Shown: one piece after another, positions 48,999 through 62,610 of the stretch
Layout of the letters: each line of letters opens with the position of its first letter
Numbering within the stretch: position 1 is the stretch's first letter
NCBI GenBank assembly: GCA_038087875.1
Contig: CM075983.1
Location: forward strand, 22,816,001 to 22,880,000
Length of the DNA: 64,000 bases
Direction: 5' to 3'
DNA from: Malacoraja senta
Taxonomy: Eukaryota
Position numbers and translations under genes: made by a program
Notes under the pieces: model-generated
What the model was told of the DNA's origin: nothing
Seen by the model: only the letters and a program-made list of their open reading frames with translations
Database searches by the model: none

Positions 48999-49917
48999 CA
49001 TAGAAACATAGAAACATAGAAAATAGGTGCAGGAGTAGGCCATTCGGCCCTTCGAGCCTGCACCGCCATTCAATATGATCATTGCTGATCATCCAACTCA
49101 GTATCCTGTACCTGCCTTCTCGCCATACCCCCTGAACCCTTTAGCCACTAGGGCCACATCTAACTCCCTCTTAAATATAGCCAATGAACTGGCCTAAACT
49201 ACCTTCTGTGGCAGAGAATTCCAGAGATTCACCACTCTCTGTGTGAAAAATGTTTTTATCATCTCGGTCCTAAAAGATTTCCCCCTTATCCTTAAACTGT
49301 GACCCCTTGTTCTGGACTTCCCCAACATCGGGAACAATCTTCCTGCATCTAGCCTGTCCAACCCATTAAGAATTTTGTAAGTTTCTATAAGAGCCCCCCT
49401 CAATCTTCTAAATTCTAGCGAGTACAAGCCGAGTCTATCCAGTCTTTCTTCATATGAAAGTCCTGACATCCCAGGAATCAGTCTGGTGAACCTTCTCTGT
49501 ACTCCCTCTATGGCAAGAATGTCTTTCCTCAGATTTGGAGACCAAAACTGTACGCAATACTCCAGGTGTGGTCTCACCAGGACCCTGTACAACTGCAGTA
49601 GAACCTCCCTGCTCCTATACTCAAATCCTTTTGCTATGAATGCTAACATACCATTCGCTTTCTTCACTGCCTGCTGCACCTGCATGCCTGCTTTCAATGA
49701 CTGGTGTATCATGACACCCAGGTCTCATTGCATCTCCCCTTTTCCTAATCGGCCACCATTCAGATAATAGTCTACTTTCCTGTTTTGCCACCAAAGTGGA
49801 TAACCTCACATTTATTCATATTATACTGCATCTGCCATGCATTTGCCCACTCACCCAGCCTATCCAAGTCACCTTGCAGCCTCCTAGCATCCTCCTCACA
49901 GCTAACATTGCCCCCCA
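48999..49917 (-). mobile_element. Young 5'-truncated CR1 LINE
   Basis: 172-aa ORF nearly identical to the 35110 copy; (catagaaa)n tail at 48999. Confidence 0.95.
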
Positions 49918-50414
49918 TAGATTACGTTTTCTCCCAATTACTACATCTTTGTTCATGGAAAATTCGTTGGACTGCATTACTCAGCCGAGTACTATGAATT
50001 TCTAGATACTGTATTTATCTTCATTAGCAGAAATAAGCCAGATAAGCCAAAATCTGAGAAGCATGGGTACCTTTACCACTTCAGATATTACTGTGTAGGA
50101 AAGAACTGCAGATGCTGGTTTAAATCAAAGATAGACCCAAAATGCTGGAGTAACTCAGCGGGACAGGCAGCATCTCTGTAGAGAAGGAATGTGTGACATT
50201 TAGGGTTGAGACCCTTCTTCGGTCTGAAGATATTACTGTCCTTGCCCAGCTTTGTAGATGTGTCTGCAGCAGCGTGTGGATTTCTCTTATGACCTCTTTA
50301 CTGAAGTGAAGAGAACCTGAGCATTGATCCTTGCTGAAGTTGAACTTACTCTAGAAATACCCTTTCTTGTTCTTTTGTCTAGGAACCTGCCATTCTCCTT
50401 GTGAACTATATTAA

Positions 50415-51010
50415 TTGCCGGATATGCGATTGTTTTCCGGATCGTATCACCGGTTGCTCTGCGGCCTTACATCATGGAGCTGGAGGCCTTGCTCGGGACT
50501 GACTTTGCGCCCCACCACTGGGGGCGTGGACCTACCATCGGAGCTGATCCCTTGCCTGGGATCGACGCTCCAACTGCAGCCTGTGGATTTGGCATCGCAG
50601 AGCTCGCAGTCTCGGGTAGCGACTGAGTCGGGAGCTCCAACGACGCAGAAGGTTCGACTAGCCCCGACCTGGGGTCTGATCGCCTGGCGCGGGGAGCTGA
50701 TATCCCCCCGATGCAGGTGCTTTGTCGCCCCGACGTGGAGGGCCCGCCGCTGGCTACTTGAGCCAAGATCGTCCCGTCAACTGAAGGCTCGAGGTCCCTG
50801 ACCGTGGGAGAACAAAAGGAAGAGATTGAACTTTTTTTCACCTTCCATCACAGTGAGGGATGTGGAGGAATCACTGTGGTGGATGTTCATGTTAAAATAT
50901 ATTTTGTGTGTTCTGTTGCTTTTTAATGGTATGACTGTGTGGCAAATCAAATTCCTCGTATGTTGCAAAACACACTTGGCTAATAAAGTATGATTATGAT
51001 TATTATGATT
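50415..51010 (+). mobile_element. GC-rich non-autonomous retroelement with an aataaa-(tgatta)n tail
   Basis: Its 3' ~190 bp is shared, in reverse complement, with the insertion at 52270-52930. The 5' boundary is approximate. Confidence 0.6.
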
Positions 51011-51994
51011 TCTGTGACCAGGAGAAAAGTTTGCCAAGTCAACCATGGGGAATCAACCTCATTCAACACATGATTTAAACAATAAACTATATCAGGACCC
51101 ACCAAATCACTCATTGTAGATCAAATGTATGTGGGTGATTCCAGAAATGCAAGCAGTTTGAAACAATCCTGCAATCAACCCAAAGATTGTGAATGATTCC
51201 TTTAATTTGTGTTTATTGGGAGTGGTCTATCAGTTCTTCTTAACATAAGACAACCATAGGCTGCAGTGTAGTTTCAAGAATAACAATTCCATTTACACTG
51301 ACTTCATTATTGCCTACTCTGCATAGGACTGGCAGTCATTAGGTAATTCCAGTAATTGTTTCCGTGTGTTTTGGATATCAATTCAATCATTCTGACGTTG
51401 TTTCATATCTCAGAAATTGATGCTACACAATCAAAGTGGTAATTGCTCTTGATACCAGGTTGTGATCTGGTCCTTGTTTGGCATGGATTATGTTTTCTCC
51501 CAATGACTACATCTTTGTTCCAGAAAAAAATATTTTTTCTTGATGCTGTATTTCTCTTCATTAGCAGATGTAATTAGATTTGAGTTGACTGCTCCTGTCG
51601 AAAGGCATTGAATGGTACATGAAGACTAATTTGCAACACTGCTTCAAGGATATCCTTTCAGTAGGAAATAAAGCTGCAAGGTTTTAATGCTAAAGAACAC
51701 ATTTGGGATTTATTTTAGTAAAGCTTACTTCGGAATGAGGGTAAAATCACAAAGACATTCAGTATAACAAACAATTACAAAATAAAGACATTCTTGATAA
51801 GAAACGTATCAATGGTGCTAAACTATCCATATAATAATTTCAGTGTTTTGTATTGACCCTCTGAAATTGCAGAGACCAATGTACTGCTGTGTCTATATTA
51901 GTAGACATTGTGTAATGGCTGGGGTGGATTTCTGGGAACAGGAGTTTTCTAGATTGATGAATGAAAGATCTTCCTTATATTTTAAGTCAAGGTA

Positions 51995-54358
51995 TCAGAA
52001 CAGTTTGAGAAGATGAAGAGAACTAATAGAGCATGAAAGAAAGCTTGCTGAGAATATAAAATCTGACTGTAAATGTTTATTTAGATATGTGAAGAGGAAA
52101 AGATTAGTGAAGCCAAATGTAGATCCCTTACAGTCAGAAACAGGTGGAATTATAATGGGAAAGAAGGAAATGGCAGACCTTCACTAAGGAAGACACAAAC
52201 AATCTCCCAGAAATACAAGGGGACCGTGGATCTAGCATGAGAGAGGAACTGAAGGAAATTCACGTTAGTCATCATAATCATCATAATCGTAATTTATTAG
52301 CCAAGTATGTTTTGCAACATATGAGGAATTTGGTTTGCCATACAGTCATACCAAAAAAGCAACAAGCCCCAAACCTACATAAAAATTGACGTAAACATCC
52401 ACCACAGCGGCTCCTCTACATTCCCCACTGTGATGGAAGGCAATAAAGTCTTATCTTCTTCCCTCCTTTCCTCTCGCGGTTGGGGGAGTCAAACCATCCG
52501 CAGCCGGTGATCGAGCTCCCACGTCGGGGTGGTCTAAACTCCTGCATTGGGGCGGTCAAACTCCTGTGGCTTGGAGTTCCTGAAATCTGTCCTAACCAGG
52601 GACCGCGAGCTTCACTATGTTTAAGTCCGCAGCACCCGCAGTTTGGAGCACCAAAGACCGGCCCTTGGCAAAGGGATCGCCTGCTCCGAGATGTTAAAGT
52701 CCACAGGCTCTGCGGTTTTGGAGCTCTAGAAGTCCCAAGCTCCACGATGTTAGGCTCCAGTGCAGACGGAGATACGACACGAAAACCATAGAAGAAAGAG
52801 ACAAGGAAAATATCCCCCACACAATACAAAACTAAAGATAAACTAAAACATACATTTTACAACAAACTAAAAATACAAATGAAGGAAAAGACGAAGACAG
52901 ACCGTTGGCAGCCATCCTGTGGAGCCCTCAAAGGAAATGGTGTTCGGTAAATTCTTGGGACTAAAGGCAGATATATCCCCAGGGCCTGATGGTTTGCATC
53001 CCAGAGTACTCAAGGAGGTGGCCCTAGAAATCGTGGATGCATTGGTGATCATTTTCCAATGTTCTCTCGATTCTGGATCAGTTCCTGTGGACTGGAGGGT
53101 AGCTAATGTAACCCCATTTTTTAAGAAAGGAGGGAGAGAGAAAACAGGGAATTATAGACCAGTTAGCCTGACATTGGTAGTGGGGAAGATGCTTGAGTCA
53201 ATTATTAAAGATGTAATAGCAATGCATTTGGAAGGCAGTGACAGGATCAGTCAAAGACAGCATGGATTTATGATGGGGAAATCATGCTTGACTAATCTTC
53301 TGGAATTGTTTGAGGATGTAACAAGTAGAATGGATAAGGGAGAGCCAGTGGATGTGGTATATCTGGACTTTCAAAAAGTCTTTGACAAGGTCCCACACAA
53401 GAGATGCAAAATTAGGGCACATGGTATTGGGGGTAGGGTATTAACATGGTTGGCAGACAGGAAGCAAAGAGTAGGAATTAACGGGTCCTTTTCAGAATGG
53501 CAGGCAGTGACTAGTGAGGTGCCGCAAGGCTCAGTGCTGCGACCCCAGTTATTTACAATATATATTAACGATTTAGATGAAAGAATTAAATGTAACATCT
53601 CCAAGTTTGCTGATGACACAAAGCTGAGTGGCAGGGTGAGCTGAGAGGAGGATGCTATGAGGCTGCAGGGTGACTTGGATAGGTTGGGTGAGTGGACAGA
53701 TGTTTGGCAGATGCAGTATAATATGGTTAGATGTGAGGTTATCCACTTTGGTGGCAAGAACAAGAAGGCAAATTATTATCTGAATGGTGTCAGATGAGGA
53801 TAGGGGTAGGTGCAATGAGACCTGGGTGTCCCTGTAAGTAAGCATGCAGGTGCCTCAGGCAGTGAAGAAAGCAAATGGTATGTTGGCCTTCATAGCAAGA
53901 GGATTTGAGTATAGGAGCAAGGAGGTCCTACTGCAGTTGTACAGGGCCCTGGTGAGACCGCACCTGGAGTATTGTGTGCAGTTTTGGTGTCCTAGTTTGA
54001 GGAAGGACTTTCTTGCTCTGGAGGGAGTGGAGCGTAGGTTCACCAGGTTAATTGCCAGGATGGTGGGACTGATATATGATGGATTGACTGGGCTTATATT
54101 CACCAGAATTTAGAAGGATGAGACGGGATCTTATAGAAACATATAAAATTCTTAAGGGATTAGACAGGCTAGATGCAGGAGGCAGTGGAGGCTAATTCAC
54201 TGGATGTATTCAATAAGGTTGAATATAGCTCTTAGGGCTAATGAATCAAGGGATATGGGGAGAAAGCAGGGATACTGATTCTGGATGATCAGCCATGATC
54301 ATATTGAATGGCTCGAAGGGCTGCATGGCCTACTCTTGCACCTAGTTTCTATGTTTCT
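51995..54358 (+). mobile_element. CR1 LINE fragment with a reverse transcriptase domain (degenerate, with internal deletions), interrupted at about 52270-52930
   Basis: ORF 52919-53644 contains SPGPDGLHPRVLKE, NYRPVSLT, QHGF, YLDFQKVFDKV, VPQGSVL and FADDTKL; stops and frameshifts follow, then a CR1 3' tail. Confidence 0.93.
52270..52930 (-). mobile_element. Non-autonomous retroelement nested in the CR1 (tail family shared with 50415-51010)
   Basis: (atcata)n tail and tttattagccaagtatgttttgcaac...; the CR1 sequence resumes at aaggaaatggtg. Confidence 0.65.
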
Positions 54359-57300
54359 AAGTCTTGAACTGCTTAGATCTTTATTTCAAAGATCAATTCC
54401 AAAGGAAGGTTGATCAGATTACGTGTGGGTAAAAACCCTTTTATAATTCAGAAAACGTCTTCCACCTAGCACGACAACTCACAGTACACATCTGAAACTT
54501 GAAGGAAGTACGGAAATACTCCAAAAACCTCATGGAATTGCACCAATATCAATGAAATATTTATTTGTCTGTTTGATTTTTTAAAATATATATACTGAAC
54601 TTTTTGTTTCTGTTTATTTTGGGATTTACAGTACTACGTTTACATATCTGTTGTTCTGCTGCAAATAAGAATTTCATTGTTCCATTTTGGGACATATAAC
54701 AATAAACACTTTCGACTCAACTCTCTTGAACATTCAACTTGTCGGTAGTTCACGATTTCACTAACTATTACAAATGGAAACTTGCTTATTATGCTGATAA
54801 CTTTTGCATGAGATTAAGTCAAGCCCAAGCGAAGCACTGCTCCAAATGGCAAAGTTTAAATTGAATCAAACATTGTGCTCAAAGTTGTAGTTCACATTAA
54901 AGCAACATTTTATTTAAACTGACAAAAGTTTACATAAAATCAACATTATTCGTCGATTTATATCATCCTCCACTTCTGACTAAATATGGTTGTAAATTGT
55001 ATCACCCACCTGCTAGGTCTACCATAACCGAATGAATGGGATGAGGTCATTATAATGGATAAATAGTTTCCTTATAGATTCAGGATTTACTATGCCCAAT
55101 TAAAATGCATACGGGAATTAGGTAGCAATTTCCTGAATGATTAAGCTACTAATTATTAATAGCTGGCTAGGTACATTTTTCAATGTTATCAAAGGTTATG
55201 AAGGTTCTTAATCAAAGCAACTTGATTAAGCAATTTCCTGAACTATTAAATGGTTCTGCGCATATATTTAAGATGTTGCTGTTAATTACTCCTTACTTAC
55301 ACAATGCTGTGACACTTTTAGTTACATCATTCTATTGTTGGAAAGAACTTTGCACAGAAGCCTTTCGAATTGCATGGATACATAAATAAATAACATGTTG
55401 CATTAGTAACTATCTTTTTCCCATAAACACATCTTATTTTCAGGAAGATACCAAAGAGAATGGTACTTGATTCCAGTAAATGGAAGTAGCTTTATTATAT
55501 GGGTTTAGACCAAAAGAGAACATGTGAAGGGAAATGTGTAGGTATGAACAGCAGAGTTCCTGGTTTATATCGAAGATAGACACAAAATGCTGGAGTAACA
55601 GGCAGCATCTCTGGAGAAAAAGAAGAGATGATGTTTCGGGTCAGAACCCTTCTTCAGGCTGAAAGTGGAGGTGTGGGGTATAAACTGGAGGTGACAAAAA
55701 GGCCGCAACAAATCAGGGCCAGCAACCGATGGCCCCAGGAAGAGTGGAGCCCTAAATGGCCCATTGTTGTTTAGGGAAGGTGTGATAACAAGAGGGATAC
55801 AAGGTTACGATTAGTGGAACTAGTAGGACAACTAGGGCAGCACCCCCCACTGATGGCTGTCCAGGTATTTTACACTGATGGCTGTCCAGATATTTTAAGA
55901 TGGATGATGTAGAATCGTCCACATGTGTGCTGGCCGATTGGAGAATTGAGGTGTAACTATTTAATATATTGGAATTAACAGTCAAGGGTGCTTGTAGCAT
56001 AGCCACAGGCATGGAAATGGTACTTAAAATGTGAAATCGTTTTGCTCGGGATGAATCTGAGATGGAAGCAGGAACAAGCCCACTGAAAACTTGCCCAATT
56101 ATGTCTAGACATCAAATGGGTTCAGCGGGAACCTATTGTACCATGATAGGTATATCACTGGGACGCACAAGTTCCACCAATAGCAGCTGCTGGTAATCAC
56201 TGTAGTTCCTTTCTGCCTTAACTGCAAGGGGTCAAGAATAAAGAACCATGCTGCAGGAAAGACATACAGTGGAATTGGAAGAAGTGTTAATGAGAATGCT
56301 GAACCATTGCTTATTCAAGGAGACTGATAGGGATGTTTAAGGTCATCTTGATGATTCAGGAAGCATCTAGAAGTATACAGAATGAAAATGTGGCTATGCA
56401 TCTTAAAATGCTCGTACTTTCTGCTGAGGTGGAGCAAAATGTTGTTGTGCATGTTTGCAAGGGGATCCTTCAGGTTATGAGAGTGATGGGTCACTTGATG
56501 GTGCTTTGAGCTGAAAGGAGAGTGAGGCAGTTAAATGTCAAACTTAAATACAACCTTTGACTGAAGCATGTTGAGTCCTATGGAAATGAGAAAAGTTAAC
56601 GCAATACTGAAGTGGGGCAAAGCTGCATGATAATAAACAAAAATGTGATAACTTGATAAATGGGTTTCCAATGGATAATCTTAGAAGGGGCATTAAGCGG
56701 ATATTCTTCCAGGGTCCTGGAACAACCATTTCTTGTTCAGGTGTAGCACCTAAAATCTGGCTGATACTTGATCTGATTTCCAGGCTAATGTGCCAAAAGG
56801 AAATGTTTTTATCTTTTCCAGTAAAGCAAAGCGAAACAGCATTTTCTTACACTCTAATTGTTAAACTTGGTAAAATTTGGAATTTTGTGAAAGCTGTAGA
56901 AACTTCCCTCTCTCCGAGCCCAAAAATTACGTGTTTACTTGTTCACTTGTTTTACGATACGATACGATAGAACTTTATTTACCCAAGGAGGGAAATTGAT
57001 CTGCCAACAGTCATAAAAACATAAAATATATGAAACATGAAATTAAAGTGACGAGTGGAAAGGATTGGGGGATGTGCAAAGATTGGGGAGAGGGGAGGGG
57101 TGTCTACCCCACGACAGAAGGGGGAGGAGTTGTCGAGTTTGATAGCCACTGCTCTTTTACTTCTGTTTGCATGCTTGAGAGTTTTGAAAATACACCCAGT
57201 TATGTTGATGGTTAGTTGATAGAGATCAATATTATCTATGATTTGTGGATTTTGTCAAGAAATGTGGAAAACACAGATCTTTCCATCTGAATTTCAAAAT

Positions 57301-57740
57301 GACACCTGGACTGGTGGAATGTTGTCAGCTGTGTATTTCAAGTTTTAAAGCAAGTACAGATTGTTCATGCAATGTAAGCCGTGGAACAGTACTGAGCAAT
57401 ACAAGCTGCATGATAATAAAAGAGCAAAACATGAAGTGCTGAAGGAACTCCGTGGATCAGGCAGTGCAGAATTTGGAATAAAGACACGCAGTTGTAAAAA
57501 TTTTGGTTGTGAAATTGAGATTCATGAGATTGCTAAAATCTGTGACCATCTGCTTAAACAATAATATCTTTAACATGAACAACAAGGAAACTTCAAACTT
57601 AACTTCGTACTGATACCTCTAGTAATGCTGCAGGGTCAAATTTTATGTGAAGCCTAGTGACTATTTTTCATGAATCAGCCAAGAACAACAGATCTTTTCT
57701 CTGCACACTCTCACTCACACACGTAGACAATAACGAACAC

Positions 57741-57796
57741 ACCCACACCCACACCCACACCCACACCCACACCCACACCCACACCCACACCCACAC
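57741..57796. repeat. (ACCCAC)n hexamer microsatellite
   Basis: About 9 perfect units. Confidence 0.9.
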
Positions 57797-58252
57797 AAAC
57801 ACATGCTTTTAAAAACGTACGCATACACATCTCATCGAAATAGACTGCTTGGTACCAGGTGATCTCATGGGTATTGGGAGGTCAGGTTTGCAGGTTTACA
57901 AAATTAGCTGTGAAAAATAGTGACTTATTCAATGTTTTGTGACCCCCTTGATCAGTGAACGAATGTATGAGCCTAGATGGGAGTGTAATGAATAAAGGCA
58001 ATTCACCCCATAAAGACAAGTTTGCCGGTCAAGATAAGGGTAATGATAGACTGGTTGTAGTGCAGGTGGAATTTGTTGAAATGATTACATAATGCAGAAA
58101 TTGTAGTTAGAGTTGAAAGGCGAGCCAGGTTTGTGTGACCTATCTGAGAGGAAATAAGACAACAATAAGTGAGAATGAAATGATTTGAGAAATAGACTTC
58201 CAATGAGATTTGGTAATATTAGCAGACATAAATAAAATACTGAGTGCCTTCT

Positions 58253-58535
58253 GGGAGCAGCACAGTGGCACAGCAGTAGAGTTGTTGCTGTACAGCATCA
58301 GAGACCCAGGCTCGATCCTGACTACAGGTGCTGTTTGTACGCAGTTTGTACGTTCTTATTGTGATGGGTTTTCTCCAGGTGCTCCGATTTCCTCCTGCAC
58401 TCCAAAGATATACAGGTTTGTAGGTTAATTGGCTTCGGTAAAATGGTAAATTGTAACTAGTGTGCAGGATAGTGCTAGTGTATGATCATTGGTTGGCACG
58501 GACTTGATGGGCCGAAGAGCATGTTTCCGTGTTCA
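58253..58535 (+). mobile_element. tRNA-derived SINE, near full length
   Basis: A-box-like agtggcacagcagtaga, B-box-like ggctcgatcc, and the family body and tail. Confidence 0.75.
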
Positions 58536-59082
58536 CTTGTCAAAAATTCTCCGAGATTGTTGGATTTGCAGTGCTTCATGTTTGGGTGTTTTCTGCACAA
58601 TTGTCTATTTTGGTCAAGAATCAAGAGAGTCAAGTCAAGAGTATGTAATTGTCATATGTGCTGAGAATGGAACAATGAATTACTGACTGTAGGAGAAACA
58701 GGGATTGCATACTATTGCAAAATGATGGGAACAGAGATCGAGAGCAGGAATACAGGTAGGAAAGCACCTTCTTGAGTAGTTTGTGCCAAACAGCTGGCAA
58801 TTCATAAATCTAAAAAAAACTGCTTGGAAGAGTCTGTAATCTGAATTAAACAAGCAAGTCACCGCACAGGACAATGTTAGAAGGAAGTAACTGCAAATGC
58901 TAGTTTACAACAAAAGATACAAAGTGCTGGAGTAACTCAGTGGGCCAGGTGACAATTGTTGGGCCACTGCAAGAGTTCACAAGTTGGTGAGAAATGAACT
59001 TAGTGTGAGGTGCTCCAGCATGGTAATATTGATTGTGTCTGGCACAGAAACTGTAATACTGAATCTTCAAAAGTATCATTTA

Positions 59083-60699
59083 CAGTGGCTTGCAAAAGTA
59101 TTCATACCCCTTGAACTTTTCCACATTTTGTCACGTTACAACCACAAACGTAAATGTATTTTATTGGGATTTTATGTGATAGACCAACACAAAGTGGCGC
59201 ATAATTGTGAAGTAGAAGGAAAATGATACATGGTTTTCAAATTTTTTTACAAATAAAACACTGAAAAGTGTGGCGTGCAAAAGTATTCAGCCCCCTTTAC
59301 TCTGATACCCCTAAATAAAATCCAGTGCAACCAATTGCCTTCAGAAGTCACCTGATTAGTAAATAGAGTCCACTTGTGTGTAATCTAATCTCAGTATAAA
59401 TACAGCTGTTCTGTGAAGGCCTCAGAGGTTTGTTAGAGAACATTAGTGAACAAACAGCATCATGAAGCCCAAGGAACGCACCAGACAGGTCATGGATAAA
59501 GTTGTGGAGACGTTTAAAGCAGGGTTAGGTTATAAACAAATATCCCAAGCTTTGAACATCTCACGGAGCACTGTTCAATCCATCATCCGAAAATGGAAAG
59601 AGTATGGCACAACTGCAAACCTACCAAGACATGGCCATCCACCTAAACTGACAGGCCGGGCAAGGAGAGCATTGATCAGAGAAGCAGCCAAGAGACCCAT
59701 GGTAACTCTGGAGGAGCTGCAGAGATCCACAGCTCAGGTGGGAGAATCTGTCCACAGGACAACTATTAGTCGTGCACTCCACAAATCGGGCCTTTATGGA
59801 AGAGTGGCAAGAAGAAAGCCATTGTTGAAAAAAAGCCATAAGAAGTCCCGTTTGCAGTTTGCCACAAGCCATGTGGGGGACACAGCAAACATGTGGAGGA
59901 AGGTGCTCTGGTCAGATGAGACCAAAATTGAAGTTTTTGGCCTAAATGCAAAACGCTATGTGTGGCGGAAAACTAACACTGCACATCACCCTGAACACAC
60001 CATCCCCACTGTGAAACATGGTGGTGGCAGCATCATGCTGTGGGGATGCTTTTCTTCAGCAGGGACAGGGAAGCTGGTCAGAGTTGATGGGAAGATGGAT
60101 GGAGCCAAATAGAGGGCAATCTTGGAAGAAAACCTGTTAGAGTCTGCAAAAGACTTGAGACTGGGGCGGAGGTTCACCTTCCAACAGGACAACGACCCTA
60201 AACATACAGCCAGAGCTACAATGGAATGGTTTCGATCAAAGCATATTAATGTGTTAGAATGGCCCAGTCAAAGTCCAGACCTAAATCCAATTGAGAATCT
60301 CTGGCAAGACTTGAAAATTGCTGTTCACAGACGCTCTCCATCCAATCTGACTGAGCTTGAGCTATTTTGCAAAGAAGAATGGGCAAACATTTCAGTCTCT
60401 AGATGTGCAAAGCTGGTAGAGACATACCCCAAAAGACTTGCAGCTGTAATTGCAGCGAAAGGTGGTTCTACAAAGTATTGACTCAGGGGGGCTGAATACT
60501 TTTGCACGCGACACTTTTCAGTTTTTTATTTGTAAAAAAATTTGAAAACCATGTATCATTTTCCTTCCACTTCACAATTATGCACCACTTTGTGTTGGTC
60601 TACCACATAAAATCCCAATAAAATACATTTACGTTTGTGGTTGTAACGTGACAAAATGTGGAAAAGTTCAAGGGGTATGGAAACTTTTGCAAGCCACTG
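59083..60699 (+). mobile_element. Full-length Tc1-family DNA transposon (IR/DR type), 1617 bp
   Basis: TA|CAGTGGCTTGCAAAAGT...ACTTTTGCAAGCCACTG|TA: TA target duplication and ~213-bp TIRs, each with gcaaaagtattca-like repeats at both ends. Confidence 0.97.
59462..60481 (+). pseudogene. Tc1 DD34E transposase (339 codons) with one in-frame TAG at 60110-60112
   Basis: Paired-like [30 protein letters not shown]-(34 aa spacing)-SPDLNPIE. The two ORF-track pieces lie in the same frame. Confidence 0.95.
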
Positions 60700-60701
60700 T
60701 A

Positions 60702-61060
60702 CCTCTGTTATTTGCTTTTGGAAGTATCATCTCTGAAGAGCCTAAAGACAATACGGGTTTCTATTCAGCATTAGCAGAATGAAACATGTCACGGATGCAT
60801 AGTTCTCCAGACCCTCTTCACAAATTGGCACTCTGCGAAGAGGTGGGCAATCATCTCTTCTCCATAGCTGACTTCCTGGGGGCAGCATGCATGGGGTGGA
60901 AGAATACGACGTAACGGGAAGGATCTGACTGGGAGAACCCCCGTTCAAGATCTCTCCGATGCCACACATAGCTGTTCTCCATGGCTAAACATCATAGACC
61001 GCTCTTCAATTGGCCCTGGGTAGCAGTCTGAGACCATCTAGAGTAAGGCCGACTTCTGTA
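60702..61060 (-). mobile_element. Decayed Tx1/L1-clade LINE C-terminal zinc-finger fragment, probably the host of the Tc1 insertion
   Basis: The minus strand reads GVLPVRSFPLRRILPPHACCPQEVSYGEEMIAHLFAECQFVKRVWRT (zf-RVT-like). Confidence 0.65.
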
Positions 61061-62299
61061 TGTACTCAAAATCCACCTTTATTGGAAGCCCACAAGATGC
61101 AGAGCAATATGACGGGGATCACATTCCACTTAGGGGAGAGTCTAGGACCAGAGGCCGTTGCATCAGAATAAAAGGACATACCTTTAGAAAGGAGATGAGG
61201 AAGAATTTCTTTAGTCAGAGGGTGGGAAGAGATAAATTTATTTCTGCCCCATGCAAAAATCCTCAGGCCATCCTGAATCAAACAAGGGAAGACAGATTAG
61301 TTGATGGGCTGCTTGATAAACATAATTGGAGATGCACTTTAAGTCTTAGTTTACAGTTCATACTAACAAAGCTGATATTCATAAGTTTAGTCCAAGCTTG
61401 GCACAGACTTATAATGAGTTTGTTTAAAAGAACATCAGTGCACCGAGATTTCAATTGGGTAACTGTGGCCACAATATGTCTTCAATAGTCGTTGATTTAA
61501 GGTACACAAAGTTGATTTAGTTTAGTTTAGTTTATTGTGCCGAGGTACAGTGACAGGTTTTTGTTGCGTGCTAACTAGTCAATGGAAAGCAAAACATGAT
61601 TAGAATTGTGCCATCCACAGTGTACATGATAAAGGGAATAACGTCCAGTGCAATATAAAGTCCAGTAAAGTACGATTACAAATAGTCAGAGCATCTCCAG
61701 TGAGATCGATAGTCGTTCAGGACTGCTCTTTAGTTGTGGTAGGCTGACAGTTGCCTGACAACAGCTGAGAAGAAACTATCCCTGAATCTGGAGGTGTGCA
61801 TTATAAGTACAGGCTCCAATTGCAAGATTACTTCAGAGTTATTCAACACAGAAACAGATCCTTTCCCATCACAGATAGACACAAAATGCTGGAGTAACTC
61901 AGTGGGTCAGGCAGCATTCAGCCTGAAGAAGGGTTCCGACCCAAAACGTCACCTAGTCTTTTTCTCCAGAAGTGCTGCCTGACCTGCTGAGATACAGCAG
62001 CTTTTTGTGTCCCTCAAGAATTCCAGACTCCAACCACCTGGATGATAAAAATCTTTGCTCCTTCTGGAAAAAACACTCACTGGTTGTTGAAGCACAATCT
62101 GTGAATTTTTGAAGATATCTTGACACAAACTGGCAAACTGGGAAGTCCAGTTCTGCAGGGTGTGCAGTTCACCCATAAACCATTGCTGGCATGGTATAGC
62201 CTGAGTAAACTCAGTTTTGAATGATTGCAACGAAAACTTCATTCTAATGCCACGCAAATATGAATAAAGGAAATCTCTTTCTATTAATGGGTGGCTTGA

Positions 62300-62610
62300 T
62301 AGCACAGTGGTAGATTTGCTGCCTTACAATGCCAGAGACCCGGGTGCGATCCTGACTATGGGTACTGTCTGTATAGAGTTTGTGCATTCTCTCTGTGAGC
62401 GCGTGGGTTTTCTCTGGGTGCTCTGGTTCCCTCCCACACTCCAAAGACCTGCAGGTTTGTAGGTTAATTGGCTTTGGTAAAAAAAATGATAAAATTGTCC
62501 CTAGTGTGTAGGATAATGTTACTGTATGGGGTGATTGCTGGTCGGTGCAAACTTGGTGGGCCAAAGGGCCTGTTTCTACTCTGCATCTTTAAAATCTAAA
62601 GTCTAAAATG
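62300..62610 (+). mobile_element. tRNA-derived SINE, near full length
   Basis: gcacagtggtaga...gccagagacccgggtgcgatcctgacta...ccctcccacactccaaagac...gggccaaagggcctgtttc. Confidence 0.78.

Noticed and set aside
58253-58330. tRNA genes at SINE heads (also about 62300 and 30620-30679)
   Set aside because: A/B-box-like heads run directly into the SINE body, and no complete cloverleaf is evident.
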